Part shown: in pieces, positions 20,666 through 29,345 of the stretch | How positions within the stretch are numbered: position 1 is the stretch's first letter | Layout: each line of letters starts with the position of its first letter | Assembly (NCBI GenBank): GCA_963773065.1 | Contig: CAVYZN010000021.1 | Coordinates: 1-64,000 of the forward strand | DNA length: 64,000 nt | Direction: 5' to 3' | Origin: an uncultured Gammaproteobacteria bacterium | Lineage (GTDB): Bacteria > Pseudomonadota > Gammaproteobacteria > UBA9214 | Notes under the pieces: model-generated | Told to the model about the DNA's origin: nothing | The model's input: the letters and a program-made list of their open reading frames with translations, nothing else | Databases searched by the model: none | Made by a program: the position numbers and the translations under genes

Positions 20666-22921
20666 TTAGTCTGTGCCGTCAAGCCGTATGACGCCGTTCC
20701 AGTCATCGGCAGGCGGGTCCTGCCGATGGCGCAGGGAGAGATCCAGATAAAAGCGTGATACGCCATCGCCCTCACGGGTATTCACCAGTTGCGTGAACCG
20801 CTCGATGGCGGTTTTCCAGTCCGCCTGCCGGAACGCCGTGAGACCCTCGGCGAACAGTCCGTGCCGTTGCGTGATGGCCTGTTCCTCGATGGATTCACGC
20901 CGTCCGGCAAGCTCGTGTATCACCAGCGGGCGGGTTTTGCCACGCAGCAGAAACGTCCCGACCTCACGGGTCAGAAAGCCATCGATGCCCTCCAGGACTT
21001 CCTGTGACAGGAGCACCCGCGTTCCGAGCACCTTGTTCAGTCCCTGTATCCGGCTGGCGGAATTCACGATGTCGCCCACGGCGCGGTATTCATAATGATC
21101 GATCGCGCCGATGCTTCCCAGCAGGATTTCGCCGCTGTGCAGACCGAGCCGTGTGGCATGAACCCGCGGTGTATCCCGTTGACTCGACCGATTGAGGGTC
21201 TCGTCGATCTGCCGGGCCGCCTCGATGGCATGCCGGCGCATGGCGTGCTCCGGTGTGTGGGACGCCCAGATGGCCAGCATGGCGTCGCCGACGATATCCG
21301 AGATGATGCCCTCCTGCTCCCTGACCGGCTGGAACAGCGACTCGTAGTAGTTGTTCATCAGTCCGGCCAGCGCTTCCGGCGCCAGGCCTTCCGAGAGCCG
21401 GGTGTAATGCTCGGCATCCGAATACAGACAGGTGCCGTACATCAACTGGCCTTCCGCCCGGCCATCGGCCAGATCACCGGCCAGCCGGTCGACGACTGGG
21501 GAGGGCAGGTAATAGCCGAAGGCGGTGCGGATGTTTTCCCGTTCCCGGCGCACCTCCAGGTAATGCCAAAGCGTCGCGCTGAACAGGGCGAACGGCGCCT
21601 GCAGGAACAGCGGCACCATCAGGGGCGGCCAGAGGGCGGAATGACTGAAGGCGACATGGCCTGCGCCGAGATAGAGACCGGCGAGACCAAGCGTAGCGGC
21701 CACGGCGGGAAATACCGGCAACAGGCGGGCGACGGCGCCGATGAGCAGACCCCAGGCGAATAACAGGAGGAAACCGGCCGGTCTGGGCAGCGGCGTGACC
21801 GGCAGGTTCTCCAGCAGGTTGGCGAACGCCGTGGCGGCGATTTCAACGCCGCTCAGATGCACGCCGTTTTTTTGTGAGTAGACCGTATAGAATTCATCCA
21901 GCCGCTCCGGCTGCAGGCGCTCCGAATAGCCCACGAAAACCGCCTTGCCGCGCAGGTCGAGGGCCTCCTGAGCGTGCGATGACTTCGCCTCCGGGCGCAA
22001 TACCCGGACATAGGAGAGTGTGGTTATCGACTGCGGCGGGCCGTAATAGTTGAGGTAGCGGCTGTCGCCGCCGCCGTACATGCCGATGAGCGCGCGCAGC
22101 AGGCGAAGCTTTCGTGCGCTGATGCGCTGCTGCGCTTCATCGGCCAGCGTCTCCGTCAGGCGCTGCGCCAGCGCCGGCTCTTCCCTGAAAACGGCCCGCA
22201 ATGCCTGCATGGAGGTGATGGCCTCGTGTCCGGCGAATGGGTCGCGCACGGCGCCGGCCGGCGGTGTGTTGCCTGAGCGTGCGTTTTGCTTGATCAGATC
22301 CAGCAGATCGGGATACGCCGTCGCCGCATGGAGCTGCAGGGCGACCAGCGGCAGGGTCGGCAGGTCACCGGTGCCCGGGGTGAAGGTCCAGAACTGACTG
22401 ACCTTGACCGGGAAAACCGGTAACGGGAACGGGGCAATCGCCCGCGCCGATGGAGCGATCGACGCGACGGGGAGCACGAGGCGCTGGGCAATCAGTTCAC
22501 CGGCGGAATTTCCGGCCAGCGTGGAGAGCTCCTTTTTGGTGTAGGCAAACAGCACGACATTGCCGGCCTTCCCGATGGCCGACGCGAGCGCCGCGTCATC
22601 CCGGGGGTCACGCGGTTCCTCGAAGAAGATATCGAGTACGATCACCGACGCGCCGGCCTCGACGAGCCTGTCGATCAACCGTGCGTGATAGGCGCGCGGC
22701 CACTTGACCGGTTCAACGGGCAGGCCAAGCGTGTCGGCGGACGGCTTATCGATGGCGACCACGACCACCTCGGACGGTGGAGTGCGCGGCCCGCGCAGGG
22801 TGAAGAGCCAATCGAGTCCGGCATGTTCCTCGATATCGAGAACGAACGGGATGAGGCTCGTCAGAATTCCCAGGATCCCCGTGAATAATCCCAGCAGGAT
22901 GGCCTTCGCCGGTTTGTTCAT
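20666..22921 (-). CDS. CHASE2-domain class III nucleotide cyclase
   Basis: CHASE2 (VVVAID, WPRAYHARLIDRL, SGVEIAATAFANLL), 3 TM, cyclase motifs LYSD, VGDAM, GLHSG, GDIVNSASR. Confidence 0.92.
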   Translation of the reverse strand: MNKPAKAILLGLFTGILGILTSLIPFVLDIEEHAGLDWLFTLRGPRTPPSEVVVVAIDKPSADTLGLPVEPVKWPRAYHARLIDRLVEAGASVIVLDIFFEEPRDPRDDAALASAIGKAGNVVLFAYTKKELSTLAGNSAGELIAQRLVLPVASIAPSARAIAPFPLPVFPVKVSQFWTFTPGTGDLPTLPLVALQLHAATAYPDLLDLIKQNARSGNTPPAGAVRDPFAGHEAITSMQALRAVFREEPALAQRLTETLADEAQQRISARKLRLLRALIGMYGGGDSRYLNYYGPPQSITTLSYVRVLRPEAKSSHAQEALDLRGKAVFVGYSERLQPERLDEFYTVYSQKNGVHLSGVEIAATAFANLLENLPVTPLPRPAGFLLLFAWGLLIGAVARLLPVFPAVAATLGLAGLYLGAGHVAFSHSALWPPLMVPLFLQAPFALFSATLWHYLEVRRERENIRTAFGYYLPSPVVDRLAGDLADGRAEGQLMYGTCLYSDAEHYTRLSEGLAPEALAGLMNNYYESLFQPVREQEGIISDIVGDAMLAIWASHTPEHAMRRHAIEAARQIDETLNRSSQRDTPRVHATRLGLHSGEILLGSIGAIDHYEYRAVGDIVNSASRIQGLNKVLGTRVLLSQEVLEGIDGFLTREVGTFLLRGKTRPLVIHELAGRRESIEEQAITQRHGLFAEGLTAFRQADWKTAIERFTQLVNTREGDGVSRFYLDLSLRHRQDPPADDWNGVIRLDGTD

Positions 22922-23052
22922 GGAGGCGGTGGTCGGTATCCTGGCTGAAGGGGAGGTGACTATTCTATGCCATGGAGTTCACCGGCGAACAGCGGCGCGG
23001 TGAGGGGCCGCCGGCGGGGATGGTCAGATAGAATCGCCGGTCGGCTACTTAG

Positions 23053-23339
23053 TATCCATCCATTATCACCGCAAAGACGCGAAGTTCGCGAAGAAACTTA
23101 TTAACGAAAACAATTAAACAGCTTTGCGTTCTTTCGGTAACTGCTCCTGCGTTACCCTACCTCCGGCATCCCTGCAGTCGTCGGCAACTGCTCCATGCGT
23201 CGCTTAAAGCGCCTATTTTTGGTGCTCTAACTCCTGCAGTCGCTACGGGCATCCTGCCCTCTCGCGACACTTGCACGTCGTGTACATCGTCCATGCAGTC
23301 GTGCGCCTTTGCGATGAGTCTATTTCTTTATGAATGGAC
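23053..23339. mobile_element. MITE copy 3, interrupted by a 168-bp nested insertion (23135-23302)
   Basis: Aligns to copy 2 on both sides of the insert: GCGTTCTTT|insert|GCGCCTTTGC. Confidence 0.8.
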
Positions 23340-23374
23340 ATTACCTCGCCGGATGATGATGCGATCCTTGAATA

Positions 23375-24199
23375 TCAGTCGGATTGATCTTCTTGGAGAT
23401 GCAGGGACTGACTGATATCAATCAGAACCTCTTCCGGCCGGTTGTTATTGCACGCATACACCATGCGCACCAGGTCCGGCAGGGAGGTCACCCCCATCTT
23501 TCGCATTATCTTCGATCGATGGATTTCGACGGTTCGGCTGCTCAATCCCAATTGTTCCGCAAGATTTTTGTTCGAGACGCCGCTTATGAGGTATGTCATC
23601 ACTTCCCGTTCGCGGGGTGTCAACCGCTCATATTTCTTCTCCAGTGTCTGGCGACGCCTGCGTTCCTCTTGCTCGGCGCTCGCCAGCAACATGGCATTCC
23701 CGACGCTGTTCTGAAGCTGCTTGTTCGTGAACGGTTTCTCGATGAAATCAAGCGCCCCCCCTTTGATCGCCAGCACGGATTTTTCCACATTCCCATAGCC
23801 GCTGATGAAAATGGTCTTCAGTCCGATGCCGCGTTTCCTCAGCTCAGCCTGCAACTCCAGACCGGATATGTCTCCCATGTTCAGGTCCAGGATGAGAACG
23901 CCTGTGGTCGCTTCGCTGACTGAGGCAAGCAGGGATTCGGCGGAGGCAAATGGCATGACCGTGTAATCCGCGTTTTCAAACAAGAGGGTTAATGCATGGC
24001 ACACCGCCGAGTCATCATCGACGATGTAGATGGTTCGACACCCCTCTCCCACAGGGGGAGGCTGGCTGGAAGCGGATGGTATATCCCCTTTTGTTTGGTT
24101 AGTCATGCGGCGATTCCACCCTCTGCTTGCCGGTAATGAAGGGCCATCCCTGGCAGTCATCCATGACGCATCCCTCAACCTTGAAATTAGCTGAAACAC
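23375..24199 (-). CDS. FixJ/LuxR-type response regulator (alternative start at 24106)
   Basis: IVDDD, ILDLNM, FIEKPF, LTPREREV...SRTVEIHRSKIMRKM; AGGAGG before GTG. Confidence 0.9.
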   Translation of the reverse strand: MFQLISRLRDASWMTARDGPSLPASRGWNRRMTNQTKGDIPSASSQPPPVGEGCRTIYIVDDDSAVCHALTLLFENADYTVMPFASAESLLASVSEATTGVLILDLNMGDISGLELQAELRKRGIGLKTIFISGYGNVEKSVLAIKGGALDFIEKPFTNKQLQNSVGNAMLLASAEQEERRRRQTLEKKYERLTPREREVMTYLISGVSNKNLAEQLGLSSRTVEIHRSKIMRKMGVTSLPDLVRMVYACNNNRPEEVLIDISQSLHLQEDQSD

Positions 24200-24370
24200 A
24201 TATTCCTCCTTAAAAGCAGGATAGGATTACCTGACCGGCCGTTCTATGAAGAATTCACGGACAGTTTGTGAAATATTCACGTATCGGCGAGGGAATATTT
24301 CCTTCATGCGTTTGATACTGGCGCCGGTGCCACATCCAGCGGGATGACATGGCCGCACCGGATCCGCGCT

Positions 24371-25045
24371 TCATCTCCATCCATTGACGCGGGCGAGCCA
24401 GTCGAGCAGTTCCTGCGGCGTGCGGATCATGCCGTCGGCATGCCATTCATGCGGCCGATCCTGCTCCTGGAAATAGCCGAACAGCGCCACCAGGGTGTGC
24501 ATCCCGGCGTTCCTGCCGGCTTCGATATCGCGCTGCGCGTCGCCGACATAGACGCATTGTTCCGGTTTGCTGCCGGCCTGCTCGCAGGCATGGAGCATCG
24601 GAGCCGGGTGCGGCTTGCGATTTGCCAGGGTATCGCCGCTGACGATAGAGGCGGCGCGTTCGAAAAGGCCGAGGTTCTTCAGCAGGGGTTCGGTCAGCCA
24701 GCCTGGCTTGTTGGTGACCACGCCCCAGTTGAGGCCGCGGCGTTCCAGTTGGTCGAGCAATTCACCCATGCCGGGGAAGGGCCGCGTCTTGCTGGATATA
24801 TTCTCGCGGTATAGCGCCAGCAGACGCAGGCGCAGCGGATTGAAATCCGGGTGGGATTCATCCAGCGCGAAACCGAGCCGGATCAGCGCCATTCCGCCGT
24901 GGGAGACGACCCCCCGGATTTCCTGAAAGGAGAGCGGCGGGCGGTGATTTTCGGCCAGCACGGCATTGAGCGCGTCGGCGAGGTCCGGGGCGGTATCGAG
25001 CAGCGTGCCATCCAGGTCAAACAGCACGGTGCGTACGGTGTGCAT
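24371..25045 (-). CDS. gph: Phosphoglycolate phosphatase (HAD family)
   Basis: FDLDGTLLDT, VVTNKP, KPHPAP, YVGDAQRD; follows ubiG. Confidence 0.88.
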   Translation of the reverse strand: MHTVRTVLFDLDGTLLDTAPDLADALNAVLAENHRPPLSFQEIRGVVSHGGMALIRLGFALDESHPDFNPLRLRLLALYRENISSKTRPFPGMGELLDQLERRGLNWGVVTNKPGWLTEPLLKNLGLFERAASIVSGDTLANRKPHPAPMLHACEQAGSKPEQCVYVGDAQRDIEAGRNAGMHTLVALFGYFQEQDRPHEWHADGMIRTPQELLDWLARVNGWR

Positions 25046-25064
25046 CGCTTGCTTTGCCGCCCGG

Positions 25065-25775
25065 TCAGTTCTGCTCGAAGCAGGCGAGATAATTGACGGA
25101 GACATCCGTACCGAGACGGTACTCGCGGGTCAGGGGATTGTAGCTCATGCCCGTCAGGTCGATGATCCGCAGCCCGGCGTGGCGTGCCCAGCCTTCCATT
25201 TCCGAGGGCCGGATGAACTTGCCGTATTCGTGGGTGCCCCTGGGCAGGAGTTTCAGCAGATATTCCGCGCCGACCACCGCGAAGAGATAGGCTTTGGGGT
25301 TGCGATTGATGGTTGACAGGAATACCCGCCCGTCGTCCCTGATCAGCCTGGCGCAGGCCGCGATGACCGCCGCGGGGTCGGGAACGTGTTCCAGCATTTC
25401 GAGACAGGTGACGATATCGAAGCCGCCGGGCTCCTCCTCGGCCAGTTGTTCCGGGGTGGCCTGCCGGTAGTCGATCTCCAGATTCGATTCGAGCCGGTGC
25501 AGCCGGGCCACGTTGAGCGGCGCCCGTCCCATGTCGATGCCGATAACCTCGGCGCCGCACTGCGCCATGGCCTCGCTCAGCAAACCGCCGCCGCAGCCGA
25601 CATCGAGAACGCGTTTCCCCCGTAGGTTCGCCAGTCTGTCGATATAGCCCAGGCGCAGGGGATTGATGTCATGCAGCGGTTTGAATTCGCTATTCGGGTC
25701 CCACCAGCGCGCGGCCAGTTTCTCGAACTTGGCGATTTCTTCCTGATCGACGTTGGCAATCTTCCCGGTCATCAT
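25065..25775 (-). CDS. ubiG: Ubiquinone biosynthesis O-methyltransferase
   Basis: EFKPLHDINPLR, LDVGCGGG, CLEMLEHVPDP. Confidence 0.96.
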   Translation of the reverse strand: MMTGKIANVDQEEIAKFEKLAARWWDPNSEFKPLHDINPLRLGYIDRLANLRGKRVLDVGCGGGLLSEAMAQCGAEVIGIDMGRAPLNVARLHRLESNLEIDYRQATPEQLAEEEPGGFDIVTCLEMLEHVPDPAAVIAACARLIRDDGRVFLSTINRNPKAYLFAVVGAEYLLKLLPRGTHEYGKFIRPSEMEGWARHAGLRIIDLTGMSYNPLTREYRLGTDVSVNYLACFEQN

Positions 25776-27110
25776 AGTGCTTGTATCCGGTGGTGTGACG
25801 CGCCGATGCGAGCTTGCCAGTCATCGCGCCCGGTAGAGGATCTCATGAATGTCCAGCGTGGTCAGTTGGCGCTCCTTCAGCAGGTGTTGACCCGCGACCC
25901 ACACATCGGTCACCTGATTGCGTCCGCAGGCATAGACCAGTTGTGAAACCGGATCATACAGGGGCTGTGTTTCGATGGTATCGAGACATATGGCGGCCAT
26001 GTCCGCCCATTTGCCGGGCGTGAGGGAGCCGGTTTCCTCACCGAGTCCCAGGGCCACGGCGCCATTCAGCGTCGCCATTTTCAGCACCGCGTGCGCGGGC
26101 AGGGCACTGGCATCCCCGCCGACGACCTTGGCGAGCAAGGCGGCCGAGCGCATCTCTCCGATCATATCCAGATCATTGTTGCTGGCGGGACCATCCGTAC
26201 CGAGCGCGATGTTTACCCCGGACCCGGCCAGTTCCGCCACCGCGCAGAATCCGCTGGCCAGCTTCATGTTGGATTCCGGACAGTGGACGATGTGGCCGCC
26301 GCCGCCGGCAAAATCGAGGATTTCCTCCCGCGTAAGCTGGGTCATGTGTACGGCCATCAGAGCCGGCGATACCAGGCCGAGGTCCCGCAGCCGCGCGAGC
26401 GGTCGCTCGCCGGTCGATTCCACGGCCTTGCGGATCTCTTCCACGGTTTCGTGCACATGCATGTGGATGCCGATGTCCAGTTCATCGGCCAGCACGCGGA
26501 TGCGTTGCAGCGGACCGTCGGATACCGTATAGGGCGCGTGCGGAGCGAACGCGGTGCGGATTAACGGGTCGCCGCGGTAATGATCGTGCACCGCCAGGCC
26601 CTTGGAAAGGTATTCATCGGCATCCTGCGCCCAGACCGTCGGGAAATCGATCACGATGAGTCCGACGCAGGCGCGCATGCCGCAGTGGGCGGCGACACGG
26701 GCCGTTACATCCGGGAAATAATACATGTCGTTGAAACAGGTCGTGCCGCCGCGCAGCATCTCGGCGATGGCGAGACGGCTGCCGTCGTGTACGAATTCCT
26801 CGTTGACCCAGCGCGATTCCGCGGGCCAGATATGGTTGTTCAGCCATTCATTCAGCGGCAGATCATCCGCGAGTCCGCGCAGCAGGGACATGGCGGCGTG
26901 GGTATGGGCGTTGACCAGGCCCGGGATCAGGAGATGCCGGTCGAGGTCATGCTCGATGGCGGCGTTGTAGGCCGCGCGCGCCTGATCCGTTGGCAGGATA
27001 GCCAGCACCCGTCCTTCATGGACGGCGAGGCTGTGGTAGTCGTAGACGCAGTTGTCCGGTTCTACCGGAACGATCCAGCGTGCATGGATAAGGGTGTCGA
27101 TGGTCTGCAT
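25772..27110 (-). CDS. mtaD: TRZ/ATZ amidohydrolase (MTA/SAH deaminase-like); frameshift near the C-terminus
   Basis: NAHTHAAM, PHAPYTVSD, HMHVHET, HCPESNMKLASG, GTDG. Confidence 0.85.
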
Positions 27111-27251
27111 GCAACGGTTCCGCGAGATTCATGCAAGCGGGAAGTATAGCGGGGGCGGTCAGCCGGCGGGAGGACTCGGATCGGAGGCATACCGTCCATG
27201 CCGCCGGCCTCATGCCTGTGGTTCACGTTTCTCCCTCCTGTCCCGGCGTCA

Positions 27252-27289
27252 ATAAAAAACCCACCACCCTTGCGGGCTGGTGGGTTTAT
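27252..27289 (-). terminator. Rho-independent terminator after the OmpA-family gene
   Basis: AAACCCACCA...TGGTGGGTTT hairpin with a T-tract on the minus strand. Confidence 0.7.
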
Positions 27290-27306
27290 GGGTCGATGCC
27301 GGTTTG

Positions 27307-27934
27307 TTACTTCGGCTGTTCTACGCCGACGCTGATTTCCACGCGGCGGTTCTCGGCGCGGCCTGCGGCGGTCTTGTTGGAGGCGACCGGATCGGCTTCA
27401 CCCATGCCCTTGGCGTCAATGATGCCCGGGTCTACGCCTTCGCTGACCATGTAGTCCTTGACGGCATTGGCGCGACGGATGGACAACTGCTGATTGTATG
27501 CATCCGTGCCGACGCTGTCCGTGTAGCCGACGACTTTGATATCGATCACCTTGGCCTTGCTGGCCTTGATTTCCGCATCGATGATCATGAATGGCCTGCT
27601 TGCCTGCGGGCTTGAGTACCGACTTGTCGAAATCAAACAGGGCGGTAGCCGATAAGGTGTGCTTTGTGTAGGCAGGAACGGGCGGTGGCGGCGGCGCGGG
27701 CGGCGCTTCCGTCACTTCCGGGAACAGTTCCGGGTTGCATTCCTTGGTCGCCAGTTCCTTGGTCCATTCCGAGGTCATGACGCAGCGACCCTGACTGTCG
27801 ATGACGTAATGCTTGTTGCTGTCACCGACATAGGCATCATTCGCCGTGCCACCTTCGTGGGCCATCGCGATGCCGGCCATCAGTACCGACGAGGCGGCTA
27901 CACCCAGCATAGTTGTAAGACAGATTTTGTTCAT
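27307..27934 (-). CDS. OmpA-family protein (frameshift near 27585)
   Basis: Signal peptide, Cys pair, Pro linker, ALFDFDKS, GYTDSVG, LSIRRA, GRAENRRVEI. Confidence 0.88.
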
Positions 27935-28064
27935 TGAATACCGCTCCTGTGATTTGTGAACGATTAACCCGAACTCCGGTGGCGGTATTTTAGACACATC
28001 TCTTTTATAAGGCTAGTGGTTTTGCGGTGTTTTTGTGTAACAAAATTCGCGTAGAATCACCCGC

Positions 28065-29157
28065 ATGGACCATGCAAATAGAGAAGCGGCAATTTCACCG
28101 GATATTTCCGTCACCGCCCATGATTCCATCCGTGCGATCCAATGGCTGGATGAACCGCTTATGCCTGCTGGACCAGCGTCGGCTGCCCTTCGAGGAACAC
28201 TACCAGTTTCCGGCCGATGCCGAGGCGGTGGCCGGGGCGATCCGTGACATGGTGGTGCGCGGCGCGCCGGCCATCGGCATCACCGCGGCCTACGGCGTGG
28301 TGCTGGCCGCGCGCCATCGCTATGCGGAATCCCCCGGCGGGTGGCATGACCTGCTGGCGAAGGATATCCGGGTGCTGGCGGGTGCACGCCCGACAGCCGT
28401 GAATCTGTCCTGGGCCTTGCGGCGCATGGAGCGGCGCATCGCCACCATTACGGGTGAACCGGCCGGGGAACTGCTGGATGAAGCGCACCGCATCCATGCG
28501 GAAGATATCGCGGCGAACCACCGCATGGGCGAACACGGCGCCGCACTCATCCGTGCCGGGGATTCCGTGCTGACCTATTGCAATACCGGTGCGCTGGCAA
28601 CCGGCGGTTATGGAACGGCGCTAGGCGTCATCCGCAGTGCCTGGTGTGAGCACAAGCTCAACCGGGTCTACGCCGGTGAAACACGGCCCTGGCTCCAAGG
28701 TGCCCGCCTGACGGCATGGGAACTGACGCGCGAGCGGATCCCCGTCACCCTCATAACGGACAATTCGGCCGCCTTCCTGATGCAGCAAGGCCAGGTGCAA
28801 TGGGTCATCGTCGGCGCCGACCGGATAACGGCCAACGGGGATGTGATCAACAAGATCGGCACCTATAACCTCGCGCTCAGCGCCCGCCACCACGGGGTCG
28901 GGTTTATGGTGGTTGCTCCCCGTTCCACACTGGATTTCACGCGGGACAATGGTCAGGCGGTCGAGATCGAGCAGCGCGCCGCCGATGAAGTACTGAACCT
29001 GGCGGGGCGGCGCATCGCCGCCGAAGGCGCCCTGGCATGGAATCCCGCCTTTGATGTCACTCCCGCCGGCCTGGTCGATTTCCTGGTCACCGAGAACGGT
29101 GTTATTCAGGCTCCCGATACACAAAAGCTGGCCAGACTTGATCCCTCATCAACTTGA
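28065..29157 (+). CDS. mtnA: Methylthioribose-1-phosphate isomerase (N-terminal frameshift)
   Basis: LLDQRRLP, VRGAPAIG, RPTAVNL, CNTGALATGG, NKIGTY, NPAFDVTP. Confidence 0.93.
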
Positions 29158-29345
29158 AACAACTTTCGACGGTCTGCCGCACGGTGACCGGCAAGGATCC
29201 TGAGCGCACCCGGGTTGAGCCGGTTTTTCGGATGTAGCGGGGAAGGCGATTATGCTAATATTCTCCGCCTTGCCTGTCGTTGGTGCAGCCAGGCAACTCG
29301 AATTACCCTGCGCATGAAAACCAAGGACATTCCAGTTCCTTTCAA

